Positions 25,561-38,819 of a stretch of DNA of 64,000 nucleotides are shown piece by piece. A program made the position numbers and the translations under genes. The notes below the pieces were generated by a model that did not search any database, was not told where the DNA came from, and saw only the letters and a list, made by a program, of their open reading frames with translations. The stretch lies in NCBI GenBank assembly GCA_036172245.1, contig JAYWIR010000046.1, positions 868,001 through 932,000 on the forward strand, written 5' to 3'. Source of the stretch: Raillietiella orientalis (Eukaryota). The stretch's first letter is position 1; each line of letters begins with the position of its first letter.

Positions 25561-27594
25561 TGCTCCGCTAGGAACTCCACTCTTTTATGAAGGTGTTTCC
25601 GTGTTTTATTCTTATCTCGTCAGCCTTCTATTCCTATGAGTGGTCCATCCAATCTTCTCGAGAACGGCATTTCGTGGCATGCTAAACATAAATTTGGGAA
25701 GTTTCCAGTTTGCTTGAAATGCAAGAGTGAGCGCGCTTTTAAGAATGCAATGAGGAAAGATCACTCTCATTAGGAACTGAAGATCTGCCGATGGAGGATG
25801 TGGACCTGCAGCACGTCAAACCAAGTGAAAAAACGGCTATCTGGGTTCCATTTGAGGATCCTGGGATTCAAAACGAACAGTCATACAAAAAACACCGGCC
25901 TCAAGATAAATAGGAAAAGAGATGACATTTCCAAGACACCTCGGAATCACAATATGGAAGGCAGTGTGTGACCACAGAACAGTTGTGGTCATGCCAACTC
26001 TCTTCAAGATTGTAAGTTGAAGACTCTTCGTAGATCCTTACTGACTAACTAATGATGAGAATGCTTCAAAATGATAAAAATTATGGTACATCCGTGGTCT
26101 AGTCATGATTTCTTGTATGGGAATCAGAAAGGATATAGAGAACAAGTTGTCGGTGTTTACTCGTTAGCAAAAGATACCCAAATGTGCTTTTGCTGCTATC
26201 CGTGCACTGGATGTCTCTGATAGTTGATTTTGAAAAAGGGACCACATTTCTCGAAAGTGGATAGGCTGCCATGCGCGTGCTTGAGCACGTCTCTGTGGGG
26301 TACGAATCCGAAAGAGTGCATTCTACAGGAGGGTGTGTTTTATGCCTGATGATTCTCAAGACGGGAACTCCGTTTGCGAGAGAACAGTGAAAGGCATCCG
26401 TTGCCACCAAGAACATCAGGATGTCTACTTTCAAGGCTTACCTAATTTCTGACCTAAAAGCATTGTTTCTCCTCAAGTCAAAGATTTTCCAATGGCTCGT
26501 GTGAATTCACGACCTTTTTGTTTTCTAGACACTGGAGACAAATATTTCTTGCGCACTTACAGTGTGACCAAGTGGACTCACAGGCATCAGCATCATGGCT
26601 TTCGTTACCACCACTCGTACTTTATAGTCTCTTGGACTGACGAGGCGGTTGGTGGCACACGTCCGCTTATGAACAATCGTGATCGGTGCTCTGCAAATAA
26701 ACAAAGAACAAAGGAAGCGTCCATTTGAAAATGACGTTGACCATGTCCGCTCTTGCCCGTTGCCACGGATTCATTGAGCGATGCGTTGCTTTGACAGTCT
26801 TACGAGGGGCATAAAGAAATGCATAATAAGAGGCAAGGCTGATTCGAGCAGAAAACCCGTGGAAGTCGGGAGCACAGCGGAAGCAACTGGTGACACATCT
26901 GCACATGAGCAAAAGGTGGGTGGATGACTTACGCAAAGGTACAGAACAGAGGATCAGATAGTGTACAAGTACTCTTCTAATCTCAGGCATACGAATAGCG
27001 GTGATCGTCCTCACGAAAGGCTTAGCAATATGGCACAGAGTTTGGCTAAAAGTCACGCTATGCGGATAGCTCAACAGCAGTGCCGGAAGGTTCAGGACAG
27101 AAGAAGGAACACTTATATCTTGCCTGTGATCTCCCGAAAACTTTGTACGGAGCGAAAGCCTTATCTTGTAGGACGGTCGCAGAAATTACTGGGTAATTAC
27201 TGCTCCCTACCGTGAAGAAGAACGTTGGCAGAACATCAAGGGTGGAGTGGAAGGCGCGCGGTTTGCTTTTCATGTTGCCAGTTTGCTCGGGTGGAGCAGC
27301 GAAAACAGGCTTCCGAAGTAGGAGATGGAAGTTGGTGAAGCAAAGTGAGTAAAAGAGTGGAAACTGGAGCGACTGCTTAAAAGACTCGGCAAAAACCATC
27401 TCGAAAACGTATCGAGAGCTGCTTTTGCCGCATCGGGAGCCATATTTCGATGTGCACACGGGATTTCCACCGAAAAGAAACCGGTTCTGATTCCGAAGGG
27501 GAATAGAGGAAGGCGTGGGCAGATGATGACCTTTAATGGAAGTGAATCTAATAAGAACAAAAAGAGCTGTAGATCAAATTCCTTCCAAATAATG

Positions 27595-27990
27595 GCACCC
27601 ACCGTGCGGCCAAGCATCTCAGGTTCGAATCACCCACGTAAAGAATGAGTGCGTCGTGGTTTCCGCTCCCCCCTACAGATGACGTCGCTCAGGATTCAGG
27701 CGTACGCGCCCGCTGGACGATGCACCTCAAACTGGCCGGGAATCGGGAGTGCACCCATCGTGGTGGCTCCACCCATCTTCACATGCACCTTGGATTCGTG
27801 GCAGTGGAAGAGCTCTGTGAACCCTCGTGGGGAAGGGTTGGCGAGCCACCTTGATAGCCCTAGGAGTGAGAAACGATTCCCTAGTACTCGACGAACTTCC
27901 CCCCAAAAAGAAAAATCAGACAAAAAAAAAAAAAAACAGTAGAAGGACGTGGAAAGCAGCAATAATAAATCAGGAGCCCCCGGACTTAGG
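27595..27990 (+). mobile_element. tRNA-derived SINE-like repeat, short subfamily (copy D)
   Basis: B-box GGTTCGAATC at 27622. Colinear homology with 12835-13229. Internal poly-A and GGAAAGCAGCA tail. Confidence 0.7.
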
Positions 27991-28664
27991 TAAATGATAA
28001 TGATTTCGAACTTATGAACAGGAAACATCCTCTTTCAAGAGAAGAAAGACAAACTTTCCCGAATTGAAGAGAAAAGCTCATCTGCAAGCACTTTGTGGTT
28101 TATGGAACGTTTCTAGAGCCTCGATCCCCAAAATCTTCGAGTCTTTCCTCGGTGCAGAATTTCAAAACGGTCGCCACACAAAAGGAGTTTTCCCCTGGCT
28201 GCTTGGCAAGATGAGACGCCATGATGCTTTCTCTTCGAAAAGGATGGATTCAGCTAACGTGGATTTCTTCAGAACGGAGGCAGCAGGTAAGCCACGATCT
28301 GGAAGATCTTCATCCAGGAGAAATTTCTTTAAATATGTACTGTTTTCCTGGATACAGGAACTGGGAAACCATGCCGCCATAGCAGCTACAAATTTCGACG
28401 AAGCGAATAACCAGAGCACAAAATCGGTGGTTTTCCAAATGCATTCTCCCTGACATCGTCCCGTATGTCATTCGTCCACTACCCTTCGAGCGTCTGCAAA
28501 AGCGCTTGCTCAAAATTTCTGCATAAAAGCGAACCCCCGGTACAACGTGGATTCGTACAACGGGACGAAAAAGTGGCGACCACCACTCTCGTATAGCGGC
28601 TGTGGATACATTTTACTTTTATGGTATAGTGTCACTTTATCTGGATTCAAAAACAGCCCTCGAT

Positions 28665-29416
28665 GGCGGCCGCGTGGCTGTGGTCTCCGTGTGGTACCAA
28701 GAGTTGCAGGTTCGAATTCCCACATTGAGAGTCGACGCCGAGAACGATATGCTTCATAAATCCGATCCCCCCCCCCGCAGGATGACGCTGGTTGGCCTAT
28801 TCGGGTGCGGCACTGGTGGAAGCCGCAAACCGGATGCCTCCTTGGCTGGCTTCCGGGTTTGGAAGTGGATCCTCCGGGGTCCTTCCAGGAATCAAGGAGC
28901 CCTTCGGGGTTCCCCTCCGGTTTTGAAAATGGAGCCGTCCATCAAGTACCATGGAGCTGGTTGATGACCACCTTGGGGGTTGCCTCTCCAGAGTGTCAAG
29001 AAGCGCGCTGCTCCCTTCGGGGTTCTCTTCGGGGGAGGAAACCAGGAGCGGTTTCCATGTGGGTTCCCTCTGGAGAAAAAAAATCCCAGGAGCGATCCTT
29101 TCCGGGTTCCCCCCGGAGAAGAAATAAGAAGTGTAGACCGGAGAGACCCCCTTCAGGATTCCCTCCCAAGCGTAAGAGGGACGGGAGTCTTTCCCCCAAA
29201 GTCTTTCTGGATTCATAGGGTGGCGCCTACGAGATTGCCCCCTTTGATTTGGAGAGTCGCACGCCCCAGTGGGAGGCGTGGACAGCATCAAAGAGCTTCG
29301 TGAGCTCCAGTAAGGAGGCGAACGGTTCTTCAGCACTTAACGAACCAAAATGAGAGAGAAAGCTGGGAGGAAAGCAGCAAAAACAGGAAACCCAAAAGGA
29401 TCCCCATTATCTTAGG
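28665..29416 (+). mobile_element. tRNA-headed, hairpin-rich SINE-like element, long subfamily (copy B)
   Basis: B-box at 28709. String of GC-rich stem-loops, including GGAGCCC-TTCG-GGGTTCC. Near-identical inverted copy at 18247-18926. Confidence 0.75.
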
Positions 29417-30019
29417 TCAATAGTAACCATCTCCTCGTCAGGTCGCTACTGACCTTTAAAAACAAGAACAACGGGAGCACTTGATTTAAGTAGGTTGAAT
29501 TCTGTTTTATTCAGATTTTCGTAATAAAAATATCTGAAGAAACATTTTTCAACGAAGAGAATGATAGAGCGGAAACTATAGAATTCTTCAGATTGATGAA
29601 ATATCAGCAGGAATCAAGCGCTTGTTTCTCTCCAAGTTAAATAATAAAAAAACGCATTTACTTTTTTGTTTGTTTCAAAATGAAACAGAATGTTGCTGCT
29701 GTAAAGTCCATAAAACAGTATGTTTTATGTCTTTCCTGCATTCTATGACATCATCCATGTACAGCTCATAGGGCTCTTACAATGCAGGACATAGTTTTGC
29801 GGGCCTACAACTAAGAGCGTTGAGTATAGGTTGCACGAGGAACGGAGTTTCGCTTCTAACGAAGACTCTCTTCGTACTAGAGCATGGAAAAACGTACCCT
29901 CTCAGCGTGAGCGATTCTTCCACTCTTTCATGAAATTCCGTAATTGCGAGTTTCCCAGTTTCGGGATTTTGCCTCTGGATTCCTTCACTCTTGCATTTTT
30001 ACTCACCGTACGCTTTAAG

Positions 30020-31245
30020 CATTTCCTTAAAAAATTTCGCGGCATGGCCACTGAGTGTTGCCCCGATGCGGGTACCAACTCCGGCAAATGGTTGCCTTGG
30101 TCGAGAAGAACAGGTGGATTTCCTGCTGTCCCGCCAACGGTCGTACCTGGGAACAGAAAATAGTTCGGACGTGGGCGAAAAGAAACGGTACGAGCCCGGA
30201 GCCATCGCGATGCCTGCGATTCTCGAACCACGCTCGCTGCTCGTTGCAGGAAATCATGGACTGCCCACGGAAGATCAACTGTACACGGAGCAACCCACTT
30301 GCAGCCACGCTAGGCACCATGCGACAAAGTGGAAATAGCTATGCGCTCGCAAGATGGGAAGTATCCTGCGAAATCGCGGGAAAAAAGAAGCAGCTAGAAT
30401 GCTGGACGGCGCGTCAACTGGCTAGCGCTTCCATCCCCGCCACTCTCTCCAATAAATTCTTCGCTGGACGGAGCTCCTGGGCATCCCTCGCGAAGAAGCA
30501 GAAATTCCCTCAGTGTTTGGGAACAGCTCCACGCTCCCCCTGAAGTGGCAGGACTCAGCATTACAGTTGTTGCACTGGGCGATCCCATGCAAAGCACATT
30601 TCCACCACTGGACAAGAGTGAGTATAGCCCCAGACTGTGCCAGATGCGGGGAACGGGAAACCTTCCCTCACTAGTTGGATGGGATTGCCTTCCTGAGTGT
30701 TCACGAACGCTCCGCTGCGGTCCTCCCGCTCTCGATGAACAATGGGAGAGAGGTTTTGCGGTGTTCACGCGACACTTGATGTCGCCTGCAGCTTCCCTTG
30801 CATTTCCGTGCTGCCTTTGTGGGATCGTGGCGGCGAGAAACCGCGTTGAAAGAGACCGGTCGAACGATAAGGTCATCCTGATCGTATGCAGATTCGTGAG
30901 AAAGGCGACAAGATGTGACCACATCTCTGCCAACAAAAGGAGGAAGTTGTCAACATCCTTTAGAGGAAGCTGAGGACCCCAGGAAAAAATTTGTGATCCT
31001 TTCCTTCCCCTCTTCTCCCCCCCCCCCAACATCTTTTTAAATTGAACTTCTGTGTGTTTTTTGGTTTTTGCTTACCCCTTCCCCCACTCCTCCAGCGAGG
31101 ACCACATCGGGGAGCTGCTCACGAAAAGCCACGCCCCAGAGACATTTCCCTTCATAGTGATGATGTGAAGCCACTACGGAAAAAAGCATTTTATATTTTA
31201 TATGACTGTTTTTTTGTAAATATTTTTTTACAATAAACGCCTCGG
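30020..31245 (+). mobile_element. 3' fragment of an L1/Tx1-type LINE (decayed)
   Basis: LRQMVALVEKNRWI is homologous to LR*MVALMAENTWI at ~31730. Degenerate C-terminal zinc knuckle (CQMRGTG...GWDC) and GIVAARN (W.IW..RN-like). Pyrimidine-rich UTR; AATAAA at 31232. Confidence 0.6.
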
Positions 31246-31569
31246 CATGACCAGGTGAAAATAAAAAGTTCGCGGCATTTCAGGTCTCCCTCCGGAAGGT
31301 CTTTTCTGTGTAGGGCGAAGGCCGTACTTTTATGGGAATAATGTTTTTTGTATCTTCATTGTTCTTCCGACGATGGAGATCTGCACGGCTCCTCTCTTCT
31401 CTGCCCCCTGTTTTTTGTTTGCTCCCCCTCCTCCCGCCATTAGAAGACGGACTGAGGGCCTTTTCCGAAAAGTTGTGTGGGACACAGGGAAGCTCAGAGT
31501 CCGACTCAAAGACTTGTGTACTCCACGTAGGGATGGTGGACAGAACATCCTTACGCTGGAGCAGATATA

Positions 31570-32760
31570 GCGTCAGCTCCAGTTAAGAGCGCTCACCCTT
31601 GCGGCGAAGTTACGGATCATGTCTTGATGCGTGCCAACACGCCTCCTCGCCAAGCGAGCAACTGGCTGCGACGGACTGCCTTCAATCCTCATTGGCCAAG
31701 GCAACGAGTTTGAGGCTCTTTGGCCATCAACTTCGATAAATGGTTGCCTTGATGGCGGAGAACACCTGGATCTTCTGCCTCTTAGCGAACTGCACTGCCT
31801 GGCTGCAGCCGTTGACACGCAGGGGAAGATCCAAGACTCGAGCGAGGCAGAGTGCGCCTGCCTGTGGCGAGGCGGGTGCGCTCATCAGTCGCTATGGAAG
31901 GTCGTGACCAGTCTACCCAAGATACTGTGGGCTTCATTCACCCCTTTTGCCCTAATGCTGCCCCTTCACGATGAAAAGCAAGGGATAGCAACCTTCCAGA
32001 AAGGTGGGAGGTGCAAGAAAGGTGGGAGTGTCAGTTTCTTCCTTGCTGCATTGCAGCAAGGAAGAAACTTCTGGATTGCGTGGACAACTCGAGAAGTGAC
32101 GGATGCTGCTACCCGGGTTTGCCTTCCCACGGACTTTGCTGAGACGAGCTGCTGGGGATTGCTTGAGAATCCTTGACGTGGCCCCCAGTGTTGCAGGACA
32201 ACCACACCTTCCCTCTCTCTCGAGCGGCAGGAATCAACGTTGCTGCTGCTGCATTCGGGAATCCCGTGCGAAGCACGCGTTCCCACTACTGGACCTTGGG
32301 GAGAGTGGGTGCGAAATGCGACAGGTGCGGAGAAAGGGAGACACCTTCTCGCACCTGCTCCTTGACTGCGTTGCCCTCTGGCCCCTGTGGGAATGTTTTT
32401 CAACGCCCCTCAAGATATCCGTGAACAATCCCAGGGACGTTCTCGAGCGCCTCTTCGCAAGCGAAGCACTGCCACGAGCCACGTGCGTAGCAACTGTCCG
32501 CTGCATGAGGGGGACAGTGGGGGAGTGGAACACCACAAGAAGCAAACACAACAGAGGTGCCATCCACTGGATGCATCCGTCTTTGAGGATCGCCACGAGA
32601 TAGCCCCATCTGGGAATGAAGGAACACCAGCCCCATCCTCCAGAAGGTTAAAGGGATGTAGCGGAACGCACAGTGATCCCTTTCTCAACTTTCCCTTTCC
32701 TCCCAACAAACAACTTTATGACTTTTTTTTGTTCATCTTTGCTTTGCTTTTCTCCATCGT
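31570..32760 (+). mobile_element. 3' fragment of an L1/Tx1-type LINE (decayed)
   Basis: TGCDGLPSI (GGLGLP-like) and CCHC knuckle CDRCGERET / SHLLLDC at ~32317-32369. UTR resembles that of the preceding copy. Confidence 0.65.
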
Positions 32761-33869
32761 GTTCCCGCGTCAGTCCCCAAGTGGCAAATAGGAGAACAAG
32801 TGACAAACTTTTGTGTGTGTGCGTTTGTACGTAGTAGAACTAAGTGTTCTACTAAAAATGTACGTTTATTGTTTTACATAACAAGCGCCCCAGCAAGCTG
32901 AGATGAAAAAACTCTTGATGAGTTCCATTTCCCCTTCAAGACAATAAATAAACATTTCTCTTCAAGAGGCGCGAAATTCAAAGCGCAGCCTGACAGGGCA
33001 CATTCGTGTCCAAACGAGCGTGGTCGTTCCCCCAGCGGCTGCTTCTTTGATAGGGGGAGGCTGCAGTTTGATAGGGAGAGGTCGCAGCGCTTAGCAACTC
33101 CAACCGCAGGACGCTTCTTTTCAATTTGGTAGGGGCGGCCTAAGACGCGGAAGTCAGCTTGCTGGACGTCGATGGCCAACTAAAGACCACCTAATCATTG
33201 AATTTCCGCTTCGGGTTTCAGCTTGAATTTCATCTCTTCTGAACAGGATCTTTCCTCCAGTCGCGTTCGCCGTTCAGGAGTGACAGTTGAGGAAAAGTTC
33301 AGTTCATCTTCGTTTGGTATGTGCCGACTATTCTATCGTGATAGAATTCGGGGCTCGAAGCAGGTAACACGTGTCCATCGTAAAACAACTTGGCGGATCT
33401 TGCGGGTGCACCCTCAACGTATACATGGGAAATTCTGCTTCCTGTTTGCCCAACTTTGCGGACAGGCAATATCATGGCCTAGGAAGTCCGCTGAGGTGTG
33501 ATTATTGCTAGTCGAAAACTTCGCGAAGTGCCGCCTTTTGTATCTATCGTCTGAAGCTCCAACTTGGCCGACTTTTGGCTCCCAGGGCCTATAGAATGTC
33601 TTATGAGTATAGAAGGAAGGCTAATGACCATCACTATAGAAGTTCTTGAAGGGTTCGAAAACCCTAGAGGATTCAAGAATGCATGAGGATTTCTGTCCAG
33701 CATAAAATAATTCATTATAAGACCATGGGACCTGAGGAATGTAGCATTGTGAATCTTAAAGGAAGATGAGCTTCCTTTTAAAGTTCTCACTTATGGCAAT
33801 GATCTATTGATCGAGTGGTTTGAGGAACCCCTGGAACGGTGATGAACACCGCTAAACGGTATCTGTTGA

Positions 33870-35795
33870 GATATGCGGGATGTTTATTGCAGCCCGTCGA
33901 TGAACAAAAACAAAAACAAAAATGCAGACCAGGGCACTCATTCCCACCAAACTCCCAAGGAACTCTGGGTCAGCTGGCTTCTCTCCAGTTGACTGGCCAA
34001 TGAGATCCGCCTCGGTCAAGGAGGACAAGGAGGACTATATAAAGAAATTGAAAGAGAAAAGTCTCCTATGTGAGGGAGACAAGGGAAAGAAAGGTCTCTG
34101 CCACAGGGGAAGACCTCTGTGGCCCTCTGTGCTGGATGCTGGCGAGTTCCGCTCTGAAATGCACCGGATGTAGCCATCTCGTTGCCCTCCCCTAGAAGGG
34201 GACCATCGTCGCGATGGCGTTCCTGGCGTGCTGTCCTCTTGCAGCAGCACCTCGACATGCCGCGGATCATCCCGCAGAAGCAGATGTGGGTGGGCGATCG
34301 CTCCGGCAGTCTGCATCACTCTGAGCACGAAGAAGCGCTTTCACACGCCTCTGGAGCTGCCCACCGAAAGCAAAAGAGCCGTCGAGAGACGCGCCCCTAC
34401 ACTCTCCGGAGGGCAGCACAGTCCACGAGCAGGTGAAAGAATAATTCCACTTCTGCGCAAGTGAAGAAGCAAAAAGTCAAAGCTCCTCGACTGCTATGTG
34501 CATTGCACGGAAGGCCTCAATGCAGCAACAGCGTTGCCGCAGTGCTTCCCCTCCAGGGGAAGAGTGGAGGTGTTTCTGAGAACCTTGGGAGTCTCCAAGT
34601 CATCCAGAAAGGATTTCGAGATCTGCTCGGCAGCGTAGTACTTCGGGAATGGCAACTGGTGTTGCTTCGTCCGGAAACTGTTGCTCCCCTACACCACCAC
34701 GAGATGCTGCAGGTCGTCTCCCACCTCGCCACTCGACTGCTTTTATGCCTTCCACGTAGAAAATAAAGGAGAAACTTTTCCAGCGAGATGCCAAGGTATA
34801 TGAAGCACCTGCCGGTGCGATCCGGCTGCTCAATCCACCAAACGCAATCACGCACGACTCTGCTCTGCTGAGACGCACGCGCTCCTCCCGACTGATGAAG
34901 TCGAAGTAACCCTCGAGCGATGCCGCAGGGGTCGAGATGGGGGGGGGGACAGAATCAGATCTTTGGCACAAGCCGATACGGCACGCATGCTGGGGCACGA
35001 GCTCGGCAAGGTTGCTTGCATGCCCTCAGCACCGACTCGAAGTAGGCGCTGAAGGACAGGAGGCCCAGACTGTCTTCCTGCCTCTTTGCCCCACTTCTCA
35101 GGTACGCCATAGGCATGCTGACCTCTAAAAGGAACACCGATGGGTGCCACGCCGGTTGAAGCGTAGATAGACCAGGAAGACAAGCAAAAAACTCATCAGT
35201 TCCAAGAGCTTCAAGAGAAAAAGCTCCTGGAACGGCGCATCGGAATGCTTCCCTCAAGCAGACTGCCACCTTGAGGGCCCTTGGCGTGTCCTCTTCCTTG
35301 TGCTCTCCTCGATAACGTCCTCCGAGGCATCCAATATTTCCCTGAATGTTCGATGCGACGTGACGTTGCAGCTCCATACATATGCTGGAGAAGAACACAC
35401 CAGCCTTTACACTCCTTCCGGGAGCAGCGTGTCCTTGCTGCGAGAAGACTGATCAGGGTTTTGGCTAGCCACTCCAGGCGCTCAGTCCATAGCTTTGCGA
35501 GCAGCTTGGAGATCCGCGTTACCACGATAACCGGACGCCAGCTGCCCATTCTTCAAATGATCCGAACGAGGCTCGAGCACCCTTCCCTGCTTCCTGGACC
35601 AGCGTGCACAGCTGGTGCAGCAGGAGCCTCCGCTCTTCCGCGAAGCATTGGTAAAATTCCTCTGTCGTTCCTGGCTCTCGACTACTCTTGAGCTTAACCG
35701 ATGGCGGTTATGATTTCGCCATTCGAGAAAGGTCCACTGAGCAGCTCTCCTCCAATCACTGGAGGCAACATGTGTTCAGGACCTTTCTGCTGTAG
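33870..35795 (-). mobile_element. Non-LTR retrotransposon RT region (L1/Tx1-type), decayed
   Basis: Ordered RT motifs on the minus strand: LSGPFSNGEIITAI, WRPVIVVTRISKLLAKLWTERL, RQEDSLGLLSFSAYFE (RQGDPLS-like), SACAKDLIL (YADD remnant), FIYLGI, NPFW. AATAAA at 33888-33883. Confidence 0.8.
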
Positions 35796-38700
35796 TAGAT
35801 TGAAACTGAAGTATCTCGAAATGGCTATCGACCTCTGGTGCTATCTCGCAAACACCTTTTCATTTAAAGGAAAGTCTCCATCTATTGGAAGGACTCATTT
35901 TTTTTTTTGTTTTTTTGATAGAACATATTCCGGATTTTCTGGCGACACTTATGAAAGACTGCGATTCTTGGTATTTGCCATCAAGCGGTCACATACAGAG
36001 AAACTAAAAATGATTTTCTTGTATTTATGTATTCAATGCGATTGGCTCAAGATACCATGGAGTTGCTGAAACCAGCACAAGCCATCATGGTAACCATAAT
36101 CACGTTAAGCATACACAAAGTAATTAGTGCACCTGGATTGAAGATGGTATTGTTCAGAGGGATCCATTGTTCAGGGACCCTGAATTCCTCTGAAGGACGC
36201 AGAGGAAGCAGGAGGTATAGTGCTATTCTTGATCATCATGCCTTGTACATTAGCAGGAATTATTCATTGCTTCCACGATCACGAGTTCATATTCAGTGAC
36301 AATTGTGCCTGCTGCAGCACGGACTATTAAACGAGGAATGGTAGCGATAAAGGCATTTCGAAACTGCCGTAAATCCAAAAAATTCATTCCCCAATGGTCT
36401 CCCAGTCCAGTAGACTCATTAAAGTTTCCCTTTCTTGGATTTCCATCGAGCAAAAGATACATACTCGTGATTAGCTAGATGCATGCAAGACAGTGGAATT
36501 GAGATTTGAATTCTTTTCCAGAGAGAATGCGCACAACTCCACTAAAAGGCAAACATCCAAACGAACGAAAGTTCGGTTTGATTTTTCAAGGAATTTTTCA
36601 TCTTGAATTTTTTCTTCAAGTATTCCATCTTAGAGCTGGCACTGAATCCTGCATTAGTGAACGAGGAATGAATGCACAATCCATGAGATGAGTTATGCAG
36701 GAAACATCGATTTCCCTTTCTGTCAACCTTGGATTCCGTTATCGTTTACATAAAAAAAGCTCAGTATCTCTTCAAGAAATGTTTAAGGAATGTTTCTGGA
36801 AGCTGATAACTGTCACTGGCGGAGAAAATCAGTTAGCCATTGCCTATTTCCATTTGTTCAGAATCTCTTGAGGTTTCATACGCTCAATAAATTGGAATGA
36901 GAAATAAATCTACATTCCCATTAGAAATGCGAAATTACTCTCGCATGCAAGGGCTCCTGAGAAACTCGTCTCACAACCTAATCCCTCACTTACCGAATAC
37001 AGATGGTGCAGTATTTCCATTATACCATCGACATCATCGCAGTAAGCATTTCGATCTTTGCAGCCTCCTTTGGTACCCTTACCATGAATTACTCATTAAA
37101 TTGCATTTTCTAATCGAATGGTGATCATATTAATGATATTCCATTTTATTTATGTGTTCCTCGATTATCTTGATTTGTGCGAGAACGTCCAGGTTTTTGC
37201 ATGGACAAAGACCTCTAGGTGCATTTATCCAGTCGAGAAAGCTTCATTTTCTTCACTGTAGATGACATCCGTTGTAAGTTCTTGCTACAATTCGTGGGGA
37301 CTTTATGGGTGATCCTGCACGAACGATGTTCATTTTTTCACTCATATAACATTCCGTTAATTTGAATAAGGGAAACACGTGTCAAATATTTAATCGAATC
37401 TCCTCATCCTATAACCGTGTGTCGTGTGAACCTTCATCTTTCTATGACTTGAACCTTCATCGTGCGGTGACTTGAACCTTCATTTGTACAAACGAATGGT
37501 AGAACGGAGACTGCAGAAGATTACCGTTTCTTGACTATTTTGCATGTGTGGATCAAGTAGCATTAGCCAAAGTCAATGTGAACTGATCACGAAGGAAAGT
37601 TGGGAGTGCGTTTGCATCCTTGCATCAGGCAACAGTGAGCCGTACTTTGCTTCCTTAGAAAGAATTTAAGACTCCATTTAAAAAATTTTCTGGACTAAAG
37701 ACTAGCTGTAATTCTACCGAAACTTGACATTTTTTTATTTGAATTTTCTCCTAAATACAAAACGTGCACGAAGTTTTATCTTCCTTTCGTTCTGGCACAT
37801 GACCAAAACAAATTTTTAGAACTCACCTCACATGAAACAGTGGTCAGATAGCACGAAAAAGCTCACCTTGTTTGTGTTGCCGTGATGGAGAAACCAGCTT
37901 GGGATGACAAATGAGTGCACAACTTGATTCCATAGCTGTTCTGTATATCTTGTTTTCAAAGTCCTCACTAACTCATCGTTTGCTGGAGTTGTATCGGCAT
38001 TTTTGGCTACTGGATGCAGAATTACCAGGATGAAAGTTACCAGGATCATGAAATGCGTTTTTGATCTTGGTAGATCATGCGCTAAGTCGAAAGAATATAA
38101 TGGGATGAGCAAGCAATTAATTGCTATTCCTCACTTTCATATTCCTTCACATTCCATCAAATCCACATGCATCACCAGAAACCTGAACTTTCTTTTCACT
38201 ACTTACCAGAAGCTCACACAAACCAAAGCTCCATTAACAGTGTGGTAACAGTGAAACGGCGCAGCATACATCGTGTGCCATGGACTGCCAAGAATCAAAA
38301 TGCTAGGACAATCGGCATGGTTGGAAACTATTACGAAAATCTCATTATGCCTTTGTGTTGGCAACTTCCGCATCAGCCTCGTGAGCATGTGACAATCCAT
38401 CTGTTCTGCGTTGAACTGTGATGAGGCGTTTTTTATGCAATGCTACCAGATGGAATCATAAAATACTCAACGAACATCCTCAACAGATTTATGAGGCAGC
38501 AATCGTGCGACTCTTGGGAAACGCTTTTATTAGATACATCGGATGAACTTTCAGATGACGAACGGTGAGAAACAGGATGCTCCATAAACCTCAAAGCACA
38601 TTCACATTACCGTTAAGGAGCGTCTTCTTAAGGAAAAAACAACCCTTAAGAAGACGCTTAAGAAGGTATTCTCAACTAGATTTCTCCCTCAGGGTGCCGA

Positions 38701-38819
38701 ACTAGTAATCTCGAGAAACTTCCGTAACACAGCTGAACGTTCTTGTCGGGTAACTTTCTTCGGCACAGTCAGGACCAACTGGTTTTATTTCGCTGCTATT
38801 TCGTATCGGCAGCAGCCAG

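Noticed and set aside
28665..28725. Functional tRNA gene
   Set aside because: Only a B-box/T-arm remnant and no complete cloverleaf; the same applies to the other three copies.
28818..28915. HDV-like ribozyme in the long element (GGAAGCC...GCCTCCTTGGC.GGCTTCCGG)
   Set aside because: P1- and P3-like pairings exist, but no P2 partner follows the putative P4 and simple hairpins explain the sequence. No CTGATGA...GAAA hammerhead core either.
37426..37484. CRISPR-like array (TGAACCTTCAT x3; also AGATCTCTCCC x3 near 20550-20590)
   Set aside because: Units are only 11 bp with short spacers, context is eukaryotic and there are no cas genes; ordinary micro-duplications.
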